A stretch of DNA of 64,000 bases. It comes from a virus. The notes under the pieces were generated by a model that saw only the letters and a list, made by a program, of their open reading frames with translations, was not told the origin of the DNA and searched no databases. A program made the position numbers and the translations under genes. Below are positions 20,300-30,184 of this stretch, one piece after another. Numbering within the stretch: position 1 is the first letter of the stretch; each line of letters opens with the position of its first letter. The stretch is taken from the UHGV virus genome UHGV-0098755. One strand, given 5' to 3'.

Positions 20300-22113
20300 T
20301 GGTGTTTAACCCTATGCATGATTTCTTTATTTTTACCGAGATTAAATCCGCGTTCGTTCGGGTTTCCAAGATATCCGCATGTTCTTCTTATTGTGTTCAT
20401 CTTTTTAGGATCAGTTTCTCCACAAATAGAACAAACAAATCCGTTTTCAGTAGGAGTCATTTCATGGGTACTTCCGCATGTAAAACATTTATCTACTGGC
20501 ATATTAACACCAAAATAATCTAAATGTTGTGCAGCATAATCCCATACAGCCTCAAGACCTTTTAGGTTATTTTTCATATCAGGAAGTTCAACATAAGAAA
20601 TGTGACCACCTGTCGCAATGAAATGATATGGGGCTTCTCGAGAAATCTTTTCAAACGGAGTGATATTTTCTTCTACTGAAACGTGGAAACTATTAGTGTA
20701 CCATCCTTTATCAGTAACATCCTTTACACTTCCATATTTCTCGGTATCAAGTTTACAGAAGCGATAGCACAGGTTTTCAGCAGGAGTAGAATACAAGCTA
20801 AAAGCAAAACCGGTTCTTTCAGTCCACTGCTTAAGATGTGCATTCATTTTAGTTAAAATTTCCTGTCCAATATCACGACCGACAAGAATATTCAATTCGT
20901 GAATACCGATGTATCCTAGGGACACTGAACTTCTACCGTTTTTAAATAACTCAATTATGTCGTCATCAGGTTTAAGACGAACCCCGAATGCACCTTCTTG
21001 GTAAAGAATAGGAGCAACAGTCGCTTTAACTCCTTTTAAGGAACTAATTCTACACATCAATGCTTCAAAACATAAATCCATTCGTTCATTGAACAATTCG
21101 ATAAATTTCTGTTCATTGAATTGTGTTCCAATATAAGAATCTAACGCGATGCGAGGAAGATTCAATGTTACAACGCCAAGATTATTACGTCCATCAAGAA
21201 TTTCATTACCAGTGGAATCTTTCCATACGCCCAAGAAACTACGACAACCCATTGGAGAAACAGGAATAGATGAACCTGTGATAGCTTTATTATTCTTAAC
21301 TGAAATAATATCAGGATACATTCTTTTACTTGCACACTCTAGGGCAAGTTGCTTAATATCATAGTTCGGATCGTCTTTATAAAGATTAACACCTTCTTCA
21401 ACGAACATAACAAGCTTAGGGAAAATAGGAGTTATCCCGTCACGACCGAGACCTTTAATGCGATTTTTCAGAATTGCTTTCTGAATCATTCGTTCAGTCC
21501 AGTCAGTTCCCGTACCAAATGTAATTGTTACAAAAGGCGTTTGTCCGTTTGAACTAAAGAGAGTATTTACTTCATATTCGTAAGCTTGGAATGCATCGTA
21601 TACGTCTTTTTCTGTTTTAGATTGGGCATAATTCAATGCATCTGCGATTTGCCATTTTTCTGCATCCTCAATATGTTTTGCATAGGTGCGTTTAACATAA
21701 GGAGAAAGTACTTTATCTACATTCGCAAAAGTCGTTCCGCCATATTGATGGGAAGCAACCTGTGCAGTAATTTGTGCCATAATTGCAGTAGCAACACCGA
21801 TTGATTTAGGAGTTTCAATCTGCGCATTACCGAGCTTAAATCCGTTCTCAAGCATTCCTTTTAAATCTACTAAACAGCAATTAGTAAATGGAAGAGCAGG
21901 GGAATAATCAATATCATGGAAATGAATAATTCCGCTTTCATGCGCTTTCATAATAAAAGACGGGACCATATTTTTGGCAATGTGTTTAGACACAATACCA
22001 GCCATAAGGTCCCGTTGAGTTGGAAAAACACGAGAATCTTTATTAGCATTCTCGTTTAAAAGGTCTTTATTAGTTTTATGAATCAATCCTTCAATTTCTT
22101 TTTCAATTGTCAT
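20296..22113 (-). CDS. nrdD: Anaerobic ribonucleoside-triphosphate reductase NrdD (glycyl radical enzyme), uninterrupted
   Basis: 605-aa continuous ORF; C-terminal glycyl-radical motif RRTCGYLG and Zn-ribbon cysteines. Confidence 0.95.
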   Translation of the reverse strand: MTIEKEIEGLIHKTNKDLLNENANKDSRVFPTQRDLMAGIVSKHIAKNMVPSFIMKAHESGIIHFHDIDYSPALPFTNCCLVDLKGMLENGFKLGNAQIETPKSIGVATAIMAQITAQVASHQYGGTTFANVDKVLSPYVKRTYAKHIEDAEKWQIADALNYAQSKTEKDVYDAFQAYEYEVNTLFSSNGQTPFVTITFGTGTDWTERMIQKAILKNRIKGLGRDGITPIFPKLVMFVEEGVNLYKDDPNYDIKQLALECASKRMYPDIISVKNNKAITGSSIPVSPMGCRSFLGVWKDSTGNEILDGRNNLGVVTLNLPRIALDSYIGTQFNEQKFIELFNERMDLCFEALMCRISSLKGVKATVAPILYQEGAFGVRLKPDDDIIELFKNGRSSVSLGYIGIHELNILVGRDIGQEILTKMNAHLKQWTERTGFAFSLYSTPAENLCYRFCKLDTEKYGSVKDVTDKGWYTNSFHVSVEENITPFEKISREAPYHFIATGGHISYVELPDMKNNLKGLEAVWDYAAQHLDYFGVNMPVDKCFTCGSTHEMTPTENGFVCSICGETDPKKMNTIRRTCGYLGNPNERGFNLGKNKEIMHRVKHQ

Positions 22114-22583
22114 TTTAAACTCTTTCTAAGCTGCTTCTTGAATGAAGCTATTAATTGTGTTTTGGTGTCAGATTCATTATATTCAAATCCTCTTTGAAGC
22201 ATCTCAGCCATCATTTCCTCTTTTCCTAAACGAGAAAATTCCTTTGATTTATCTCCAACGAAGTTAGGGTGAATATTATTTTGGGTGTAATCGGATTTTA
22301 AATAAGTAAGTAAATTTTCTAACCATTCAAGATAATCAACACCTTGTCCCTTTAAGCCAGAACGATTAAATTTATGCTTCATTTGACCTTCTGCGGCATT
22401 GCAGAGATTACAAAGCAATCCACGTACCTTTCCTGCTTTTGGTCCATTTAATTCATGGTCATGGTCGAGGTGATTAGCTTGAACATCAGGATTTAGTTCT
22501 CGTTGGCAAATTAAGCATTTACCGTTTTGTGCATCATAAAATTTCTGTTTTTCTTCTTTATATAATTTGCCAGTCAATAACAT
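22110..22583 (-). CDS. 49: Endonuclease VII (Holliday junction resolvase) gp49
   Basis: 157-aa ORF with N-terminal zinc-binding cysteines (CLICQ...CNLCN) and HxH motifs. Confidence 0.93.
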   Translation of the reverse strand: MLLTGKLYKEEKQKFYDAQNGKCLICQRELNPDVQANHLDHDHELNGPKAGKVRGLLCNLCNAAEGQMKHKFNRSGLKGQGVDYLEWLENLLTYLKSDYTQNNIHPNFVGDKSKEFSRLGKEEMMAEMLQRGFEYNESDTKTQLIASFKKQLRKSLK

Positions 22584-22625
22584 AATAAAACCCTTACCTT
22601 AAATAGATAAGGGTATTTATTATTT

Positions 22626-23129
22626 TCAAGTATTGTAAAACATTTGATTCAATCGCTTATATTGCCGAATCTTTTGGTCAGAAAAAGAAATTTGGGTTTC
22701 AAGCCATTCAATATATTCTGCCGCAGCTTGCATCAGGTTACCTTCATAGCCATCGTTATTTTCTTGTGCAGCTAATTTAGCTAATGCGTATGAAATACGT
22801 TCACCTTGAAAATCGGCTTTAGGTATTTGAACATCTTGACTAGTTCTCTCTACAACTTCTTCAATTTCGCCATTTTCAACGGATTCAGTATTCCATAAGC
22901 ACCAATACGTAATTGGCTTATCGTAGATGTTAATAATCTTTCCATCAGAAAGTTCAATTTCAATAATTCCAGTATCAGGTTCTATATCATCTTCGCATTC
23001 TTTTGCAAGTTCACGAACTTTAAAGACAGTACCTGCACTAAGTTCCGGCCAGTAATTACATAGCCCTCTATCAGCACGATTAATTCTAAACCACTTATCT
23101 ACTGTAATCATGTCCCATCTCCATATCAA
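22626..23129 (-). CDS. Hypothetical protein in the T4 pin (protease inhibitor) slot
   Basis: 167-aa ORF upstream of gene 49; assignment by position only. Confidence 0.45.
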   Translation of the reverse strand: MIWRWDMITVDKWFRINRADRGLCNYWPELSAGTVFKVRELAKECEDDIEPDTGIIEIELSDGKIINIYDKPITYWCLWNTESVENGEIEEVVERTSQDVQIPKADFQGERISYALAKLAAQENNDGYEGNLMQAAAEYIEWLETQISFSDQKIRQYKRLNQMFYNT

Positions 23130-23234
23130 TTAAGTCATTTATCGTTGGTTCATTATATACTGTTTCTTCATCAGTGTAAACCGGTTCTTCCGGCTCTGGC
23201 TCTACAGTTTCCCATCTAGCCGCCCACCAAGGTT

Positions 23235-23555
23235 TTATAGCGTAATCCATTCTCGTACTGTCTGAGTTACTACACGTTCTCGAAGCTCAACCAGTTCAAC
23301 AGTAGGAACTGCATAATACCAGTCAGAATGGTAAGAACCTGAGCGAGATTCATTTACGGAAACATATACGTAGTGTTTTGGGCTAAAGTAAATTACTCGA
23401 CGATATTGGCATTTGCCTTGTTGAGTCCATTCTTCGGATTCAATCTGAATAAGATAGTCGGAAAAATCGAAATCATAGTTTTCCGAAAATGCATCATGGT
23501 CTTCGATGATTTCGCTCAGAACTGCATCAACATCTAATTTATTTTCAATAGTCAT
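23235..23555 (-). CDS. Hypothetical protein
   Basis: 106-aa ORF. Confidence 0.45.
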   Translation of the reverse strand: MTIENKLDVDAVLSEIIEDHDAFSENYDFDFSDYLIQIESEEWTQQGKCQYRRVIYFSPKHYVYVSVNESRSGSYHSDWYYAVPTVELVELRERVVTQTVREWITL

Positions 23556-23566
23556 TTTTTCACCAA

Positions 23567-23776
23567 TTAATTTCGCAATTTATTAAGTTCTTCATAATCA
23601 ATCCAGGATTCTAATCCTGATGGCAAATCAGATTCAATTTCACAAAGAAGCTCTTCAATTTTCTGAAGACGATCTAATTCTTCAGCTGGAATAGTAACCA
23701 TTGACGGAGTTCTTGATACACTAATATCGTAAATCATATTTACCCCAGTTTGACCATACAATCGCCATATTTCCAT
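23567..23776 (-). CDS. Small hypothetical protein
   Basis: 69-aa ORF. Confidence 0.4.
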   Translation of the reverse strand: MEIWRLYGQTGVNMIYDISVSRTPSMVTIPAEELDRLQKIEELLCEIESDLPSGLESWIDYEELNKLRN

Positions 23777-23955
23777 TTAGAAATAGACTTTTCGCCGTTA
23801 GAATAATAAACTTCGAGTTTAGCGCGGCCATTTTTAATTTGAATAACCTTGGCTGTCATCAAAGTTCCATACCCATAGTAAACTGCAACTTCATCACCTA
23901 CATATACCGCGCTTCCGCGGTAATCATGGATATAATCAGTTCCTTCTAGCATCAT
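23740..23955 (-). CDS. Small hypothetical protein
   Basis: 71-aa ORF. Confidence 0.4.
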   Translation of the reverse strand: MMLEGTDYIHDYRGSAVYVGDEVAVYYGYGTLMTAKVIQIKNGRAKLEVYYSNGEKSISKWKYGDCMVKLG

Positions 23956-24215
23956 TTAAAGTATTCCCGCAATTGGTCAAATCCACCAATATGACTTCCA
24001 TCAGGAGCAAATACCTGAGGCATTGTCAAGCCGATTTGAGTATCACGACCTAGTTTAGTCAGAAGCTCAGCAATTTTCTCATCATCAAAAACACCTTTTT
24101 CCGGCATAATGTTGATAAATTCAAACGGCTGTTTCTTCACGGTCAAAAGACGTTTTGCATTATCGCAATACACACATTTGTGGATGTTGCTATCATAACC
24201 ATATACTTTAAACAT
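23952..24215 (-). CDS. nrdC: Thioredoxin/glutaredoxin NrdC
   Basis: 87-aa ORF with CVYC active site, matching T4 NrdC as recalled. Confidence 0.9.
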   Translation of the reverse strand: MFKVYGYDSNIHKCVYCDNAKRLLTVKKQPFEFINIMPEKGVFDDEKIAELLTKLGRDTQIGLTMPQVFAPDGSHIGGFDQLREYFK

Positions 24216-24216
24216 A

Positions 24217-24474
24217 TTATTCCTTAATTCCTAGTACTTGTTTAAAAGTCTCGTCGTAATCAAGACTTTGGCCCGTTTGTTCTTTATGTTTGTATATAAT
24301 ATCACTTACTTCTGATAGCATATTTTTATATGAACGAGTTAAAGCAGATTTAAGCACGCTGTATCTATCAGGAAATTTACCATGTTCATTATAATACGCT
24401 ATTGCTAATTCACGGACTGCCTTTTCAGCAGTCTCCATATATTCTTTACGCTTGGTCATTTTCTTCTCGGTCAA
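24217..24474 (-). CDS. Small hypothetical protein
   Basis: 85-aa ORF. Confidence 0.4.
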
Positions 24475-24760
24475 ATCGGTGTTTACAATGGCGACATTTA
24501 TAACGAAGATTACTAGTCTGCCAATGAACTAATTGTACCTGTTCAGTACCGCATTCAGGACAATTAGGAACGTTTTTAGAAGCCCTTTCGCGACGTTTAA
24601 CCATGACCATTACAGAATCCCAATTAACAGGAGGGCTATAATCATCACAACCATGAATCTTTCCACGCATTTCCAAATCGTCTTCTTCACCGGCCATAAT
24701 AATTTTAATTAAACTGGAATTACTTGAAGCTGCAATGTCTTCTAATAGACGCTTTTTCAT
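24446..24760 (-). CDS. Zinc-ribbon protein
   Basis: 104-aa ORF with CPEC...CRHCKH pairs. Confidence 0.5.
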
Positions 24761-25686
24761 TTCAATACCTCAATAGCATTACGTAAACCATTTGCTTTTG
24801 CATTAAGAGCTTTTAACAATTTGGTGTGTTCTGCAATTTGGGCTTCAACTTCAATCAAACGGGCATTGAGATATTCACGTTCTTCACTCAGATTATCAAC
24901 CTTTTCTGCTTTAGGTTCTTTTACAACTTGCTTATATGTATTAGGGTTCTTCAGTTTAATTAGAATGCGTGAACTGTACAGCATTGAACCATTATCTTCG
25001 GTTTCGTCATACATTTCCACTACGTCCATCATCTCCACCATCGTGCAGAGTTTATAAGACAACGAACGAATAATTTTGTTGTGCTTATTAATTTCTCTAG
25101 CTGTCATGGTGCCGAGATTACGTGAGTAATAATAAGGAACCTGGATATTAATTAATACTGATGAACCACCTGGCTTGTGTGTTACTTCATCAGCAATAAC
25201 CCAATCCTTAACATGAACTGTATTTGTACGGTCATCGCCCGCGGTAAATAGTTTACGAGCATGCTTAAAAAGCATATTCACTTGGTCATTGAATTGACAA
25301 GCGAATTTATCAGCAAATTTAGTTTCGGGAATGGTAGATAACCAATCAGCCAAATGGGTCTTTTTAACATCGTTAACAATAGTAAATTCAACCAAATCGG
25401 TTATAGATGTCTCAGATTTAATGAAGCTCGGCTTCATAAAGTTTTTAATGTTATCACTAGCTACAGTAGAAGATAACAGACGAGAACGTTTAAACCATTC
25501 AAGCAAATTACCTAACGAATGAGAATAAGCGTTTTGAGTATCTTTACAGATATGATTTTCCTGGCCAACATATTGAAGGAAATCACGAAGAATATTATTG
25601 ATTACTGCCCTGTGTCCTATCTGATAATTACGATGTTTAGTAATAAGACTGTCAAAATAATCAATATAATGTTTACGAGTTTTCAT
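24757..25686 (-). CDS. Hypothetical protein with C-terminal coiled coil (paralog family member 1)
   Basis: 309-aa ORF; heptad-rich C-terminal ~50 aa; internal LCTMVEMMDVVEMY segment resembling the next gene. Confidence 0.6.
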   Translation of the reverse strand: MKTRKHYIDYFDSLITKHRNYQIGHRAVINNILRDFLQYVGQENHICKDTQNAYSHSLGNLLEWFKRSRLLSSTVASDNIKNFMKPSFIKSETSITDLVEFTIVNDVKKTHLADWLSTIPETKFADKFACQFNDQVNMLFKHARKLFTAGDDRTNTVHVKDWVIADEVTHKPGGSSVLINIQVPYYYSRNLGTMTAREINKHNKIIRSLSYKLCTMVEMMDVVEMYDETEDNGSMLYSSRILIKLKNPNTYKQVVKEPKAEKVDNLSEEREYLNARLIEVEAQIAEHTKLLKALNAKANGLRNAIEVLK

Positions 25687-25738
25687 GTTCTTCTCACTTT
25701 GTTAATGATTTATACTCCGAGCCATCCTTGGCTTTAAA

Positions 25739-26740
25739 TTACTTAATTAACTGTAAAGCTTGTTCCAGACGATCAAGACGATTAACGGATTCTTCCCAAA
25801 TCTTTTTAGCCTGCTCATATTCTTTCTGCGCTTTATTAGAAATTTCTAGAACTTCTTTATAAGCTTTTTCTAGTGCAATAACTTCTGGACGAATTTCTAC
25901 CGGTTCAGGTGAATCATCAAGATTATCCATTAGTTCCTCAAGGGTAGTTTCTTCTTTAGGAGTATTCACAACTTCATCACATTTTTGTTGGTAAATTTCT
26001 TTATCAGTCGGTGAGTACGCGCACTTTACTTCACGAAGGCTAATTACGAGTTTATATCCTTCCCAACCGCATATATTCTTAAAAGGATATGTATGAATAT
26101 TTTCTACTGTTTCCATACAAAGTAATGCGGTCTCTAATTGACGAGTTATAGTACTAGCAATTGAGAAAAATTTATTAATATTCTTTTGGTTAGTTTCTGG
26201 TGTAAAAAATCCATAATTCACAAAAATAGATACTTTATTTTTATCAAGTTCATATTCTTTTATGATAATCATATCAGAAGCCAAAGGATGAATTTGACGA
26301 TAATCGCCATAACATAATTTAGAAGCTGATTTTAGAATCTGTCCTTTGAAAAGTCTGAAATTACTAATCCAACGACGAGTAAAAATATTCTCAGGGTCTT
26401 CTTTATTATTAAGATGATAAGAATTAACATCACCAAACCAATTATATCCTACTACATCTTTGGTTCGTTTAATTTCTTTCCCAAAATTACCAAGAATATC
26501 CCGATTAACCAAATATGAAAGAAGACGAGACTCTTTAAAGGTTTTCTTGATAAGATCTTTATCTACACGGCTAGAAATTTTACGAATTTCATGAATAAAT
26601 TTAGTAGAAGAAACAATACTTGCATCAACACTATTGAGCCATTGATTGATAATAGAAAGAACGATATTTTGACCAAACATCGGTATAGCTTTATCATCAA
26701 TAACGCTATTGAATGATTTGATATATTCGTTACGAGTCAT
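25739..26740 (-). CDS. Hypothetical protein with C-terminal coiled coil (paralog family member 2)
   Basis: ORF 25739..26770; likely start MTRNEY at 26738-26740 with GGAG; shares LFKGQILKSASKL-type segment with the next gene. Confidence 0.6.
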   Translation of the reverse strand: MTRNEYIKSFNSVIDDKAIPMFGQNIVLSIINQWLNSVDASIVSSTKFIHEIRKISSRVDKDLIKKTFKESRLLSYLVNRDILGNFGKEIKRTKDVVGYNWFGDVNSYHLNNKEDPENIFTRRWISNFRLFKGQILKSASKLCYGDYRQIHPLASDMIIIKEYELDKNKVSIFVNYGFFTPETNQKNINKFFSIASTITRQLETALLCMETVENIHTYPFKNICGWEGYKLVISLREVKCAYSPTDKEIYQQKCDEVVNTPKEETTLEELMDNLDDSPEPVEIRPEVIALEKAYKEVLEISNKAQKEYEQAKKIWEESVNRLDRLEQALQLIK

Positions 26741-26764
26741 ATTAATCTCCTCAGTAGAAAGTAA

Positions 26765-26805
26765 GAACATTATACCACATCCTTGTGACGAAGTAAACTA
26801 GTTTA
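26765..26805 (-). promoter_or_regulatory. T4-type early promoter
   Basis: GTTTAC, 17 nt, TGTGGTATAATG on the minus strand. Confidence 0.7.
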
Positions 26806-27823
26806 GTGCATTTAGTGCATTGTTCAGTTTAGAACGCTGCTTTGTCAGATTTTGAACCCTTGACTGAGCTTGTTCTAACACCTTTTCAGCTTCTAGCACT
26901 TCATTGGTCGCTTTAACGAGTTCATCATCTACTGCCTTAAGAGACTTCTCAATCGCGTCAGCGTGCCATTTTTCAACAGGTTTAAGACTCGGATTTTCAA
27001 TAGGAAGAAAATTCACTTTATTGAATTTCCATGCATCCTTATTACCTGAACTATACATCCAAAATTTAGGATCGTTTGATAAGTAATTGGATAAATTTAA
27101 ATTTAAGTTATCTTGTACTTCTTGCTTTTTCTCTTGTGTAACTTCGTCCTTTCTCAAAAAATCATATTTAAATGAAACGATCATATCAAGTTCATATGTT
27201 GTCGTATCTAACTTAAATCGTTCAAAACGAGGTAAAATCTTAGATTGAACAGCAGAAACAACATCCATATACTTAAATGCTTCTGTCAACTGTGATTTAA
27301 GGCATTCACAAATTGAAAGAGAATTTTTAGTATTAGGCTTAAAGCTAATTCGTGCAGTTCTATTATTTTCTTTTAATGGTCTTACTTCCATTTGAAGAGT
27401 ATAACCATCAAATTTCAGATTCTTTAAGTTAATATCAGAACCTTTTAATCGACTAGCAGTAGACAAAATTTGTTTTAATTGTCTACGGAACAGAGCAATA
27501 AATCTCCATTCAAGACGATAATGATTTGGATTAAAAAATCCTGTTGATAAATCGACCTTACTTTGACCAACGCCTTGAACAAATAGAGGATTTTTATAAT
27601 CAACAGTTTTACAGAAATCGGTGAGCTGCTCACGAGCAGTCATTTGAGTAATATACCCCGCTTTACTAAAATGACGTAACCATTCACTGCTATTCATATA
27701 CTTAAAGTGAATATCACGATTAACTTTATCAGGGTCTAAATTATTTTGGCACAAAAATGTCATAACATCACGAGTATAACTGGCATTACGAACCATATCT
27801 TCAATTTGAGAACGAGTTTTCAT
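26798..27823 (-). CDS. Hypothetical protein with C-terminal coiled coil (paralog family member 3)
   Basis: 341-aa ORF; ALFRRQLKQILSTASRL segment similar to member 2; coiled-coil tail. Confidence 0.6.
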   Translation of the reverse strand: MKTRSQIEDMVRNASYTRDVMTFLCQNNLDPDKVNRDIHFKYMNSSEWLRHFSKAGYITQMTAREQLTDFCKTVDYKNPLFVQGVGQSKVDLSTGFFNPNHYRLEWRFIALFRRQLKQILSTASRLKGSDINLKNLKFDGYTLQMEVRPLKENNRTARISFKPNTKNSLSICECLKSQLTEAFKYMDVVSAVQSKILPRFERFKLDTTTYELDMIVSFKYDFLRKDEVTQEKKQEVQDNLNLNLSNYLSNDPKFWMYSSGNKDAWKFNKVNFLPIENPSLKPVEKWHADAIEKSLKAVDDELVKATNEVLEAEKVLEQAQSRVQNLTKQRSKLNNALNALN

Positions 27824-27831
27824 GGTGTTCC

Positions 27832-28743
27832 TTAAGATTTAAGTAAATCAACAATTTTAATTAATTTTTCACGCTCAGATTTAGCTTTACTACTCAATCC
27901 AGATAGTCTGAAAATTTCATCGTCATATTGTTGAATAGAAATATTCAGCTCTTCAATTTGCTTATTAAAATAATCAATTTGTTCAGAATGTTTTTCGTTA
28001 CTACGAACTGGTGCAGGTTTTGTAGGCAATTTAGTTGAACTGGATTCATCCGGGCGATAAATTAAAATACAACTTGAACCAATCGGACATTTAGCACCAG
28101 ACACATATTCTAATGTTCCAGCTTCTTTTAAAATTTCAAAAGCTAAACAGAGATGATGCCCCATATTAACATAATCTGTAGAGTGAGCTCTGACGTAATA
28201 ATCATCTCCACGAGTGCTAAATTTAAAGCATTTAAGGTCTTCTGTATTATTAGTTTTAAAAATCATTTGTTTATCTAGACCTTTAGCCAATCGAGCGCCT
28301 AATGCTAATAATCGTCGTTGATTTTCCCACAAATCTGCGATCATTTGGTCAAATGATAATTTCGGCATTAGTCGACCATAAAGGTCATATCCTTTATTAT
28401 AATTACGAAGGATTTCACTCGCGTTAATACGAGACAATGCTCCAATTTTATTAAGGGCTTTCATAATGCGATTAGATAAACCCATTCCAGACCCGTTTGT
28501 TCGCTGTAAATGTTTTTCTAATCCAAATCCAATATCAACTTTAAATTTATCTAAAATTTCAGCATGAACATCTCTGTCAATAACATTCAAATCCAAAGTT
28601 GGGTTAAATCTATGAAAAAATTTATCTGGCTCTCCACGACGAAGTACAGTCCATTCATTCATCATTTTTTTATTAACTAAAGATTTAATTACTGCATTGA
28701 CATTATTAATTACTACTGACATATTTTCCTCACTCAATTTCAA
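27832..28743 (-). CDS. Hypothetical protein with C-terminal coiled coil (paralog family member 4)
   Basis: 303-aa ORF; coiled-coil tail; weaker similarity to members 2-3. Confidence 0.55.
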   Translation of the reverse strand: MKLSEENMSVVINNVNAVIKSLVNKKMMNEWTVLRRGEPDKFFHRFNPTLDLNVIDRDVHAEILDKFKVDIGFGLEKHLQRTNGSGMGLSNRIMKALNKIGALSRINASEILRNYNKGYDLYGRLMPKLSFDQMIADLWENQRRLLALGARLAKGLDKQMIFKTNNTEDLKCFKFSTRGDDYYVRAHSTDYVNMGHHLCLAFEILKEAGTLEYVSGAKCPIGSSCILIYRPDESSSTKLPTKPAPVRSNEKHSEQIDYFNKQIEELNISIQQYDDEIFRLSGLSSKAKSEREKLIKIVDLLKS

Positions 28744-29137
28744 TTTTACTAAATATACAGAATAAAATGGAACAGACTATATAAGCACCACACACAGATT
28801 GAACTAATACCATTCCAAAGAACCAAACAATATTATCAAACAATGTCTGTTTTACGTCGAAAGGACGTAAACTTACAGTAATATTATCACCTTTTTCTAT
28901 TGAAGAATACATCTCTGGTGAAATATATTCGCTAAATCTATAACCGTCTTTGAGTTCATATACAGCAATAAACGATAAACTAGACCCCTTTCCTTGAGTT
29001 CCTGTAAGGGTATTAACTACAGTAACATCATAATCTTTATAATGCATATAATCATTAATAGCATAATAACCATATGCAATTACTATACATAAACAACATA
29101 TCAATAAATTCAATCTTTTAATTATCAACTGTTTCAT
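28730..29137 (-). CDS. Membrane protein
   Basis: 135-aa ORF with N- and C-terminal hydrophobic helices. Confidence 0.5.
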   Translation of the reverse strand: MKQLIIKRLNLLICCLCIVIAYGYYAINDYMHYKDYDVTVVNTLTGTQGKGSSLSFIAVYELKDGYRFSEYISPEMYSSIEKGDNITVSLRPFDVKQTLFDNIVWFFGMVLVQSVCGAYIVCSILFCIFSKIEIE

Positions 29138-29192
29138 AATAATCTCAATTAAAAGGGCTTAGAACCATTATACCATCCTTGGTATAAAGCGG

Positions 29193-29720
29193 TTATGCGA
29201 GTACCGTCTTTAACCGTTCTTCAAACTTCCGAAGAGTATTTTGGCGTTCAGCTCTTTGCTTTTTGTAAGTTTCAATACGCTCTGAAATGAGAGTGTATCG
29301 TTCATTTACTGATTCTTTCATAAAATCAGGAATTTCACGAGAAGCTTTAATCTCGTCAAATTTATCAATAACAGCTTGCTCTTCAGCAATTAAGTTATCA
29401 TACATCAAAATATCTTTCTTGATGAACTCAATATCTTCTTGAGTTACACGAGATAATTTAGATGCTTTATCCTTTTTGTACTGTTCGTTAGTATCACGAG
29501 ACCAGTGTAATGTACGATTTTTATTCGTATTCTTGTAAATTTCTACAATACCAATCTCATCAATAATAACGATCCAATTCCAGCGGGATTTGTAAATTTG
29601 TCCTCCATCAACAGTGATTTCACCTCCGATTGAGATGTCGTTAAAGAACTTGCTTTGTGCTTCAGATTTAAATTTACCATCGTTGTAATTTACCAAGTTG
29701 AAAATATCTTTAGCGTTCAT
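29193..29720 (-). CDS. Hypothetical protein with C-terminal coiled coil
   Basis: 175-aa ORF directly downstream of an early promoter. Confidence 0.55.
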   Translation of the reverse strand: MNAKDIFNLVNYNDGKFKSEAQSKFFNDISIGGEITVDGGQIYKSRWNWIVIIDEIGIVEIYKNTNKNRTLHWSRDTNEQYKKDKASKLSRVTQEDIEFIKKDILMYDNLIAEEQAVIDKFDEIKASREIPDFMKESVNERYTLISERIETYKKQRAERQNTLRKFEERLKTVLA

Positions 29721-29737
29721 TTTCTGTTCCTCCGTAG

Positions 29738-29792
29738 TTGATAGTTGTATAGTACCACAGAGGAACAGTCTTGTAAACCACTAAAAGAAACT
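29738..29792 (-). promoter_or_regulatory. T4-type early promoter
   Basis: GTTTACA, 17 nt, TGGTACTATACAAC; upstream of gene starting at 29720. Confidence 0.7.
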
Positions 29793-30095
29793 TCTTTCAC
29801 AATTTTTTCCACTGAACCAAGCGCTCACTGCTTTCTTAGTCTCAGGAGCAGTGTTATCCATAAACCATTCAAAGGCAGCCTTTTTATGATTCTGGAGGGC
29901 TTCTCGGGCTTTAATCTGCTCACGGTCTATTAACACTAACATATGAGCCTTTCTTGTCACCATGGGCTTCTTATGATTTTTTGAATACTCCCAGTCATTT
30001 GTCCATCGCATTGTCGTTGCGAATTGAAATACAGCTTCTTTAATCTTAGTTTCGTAAATTTCACGAGCCTTTGAGTATAACATCACTACCTCCAT
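29781..30095 (-). CDS. Hypothetical protein
   Basis: 104-aa ORF. Confidence 0.45.
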   Translation of the reverse strand: MEVVMLYSKAREIYETKIKEAVFQFATTMRWTNDWEYSKNHKKPMVTRKAHMLVLIDREQIKAREALQNHKKAAFEWFMDNTAPETKKAVSAWFSGKNCERSFF

Positions 30096-30184
30096 TTACC
30101 AGTTTAATTCTAATCATCTTTTTGATGGCAGTCCATATAATCTATTTCTGAACTGCCTTTTTGTCATAGAAGTCCTCTTATGAA

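Noticed and set aside
20296-22113. Looked for a group I intron or homing endonuclease in nrdD
   Set aside because: ORF is continuous for 605 codons with the glycyl-radical motif in frame; nothing to support an intron.
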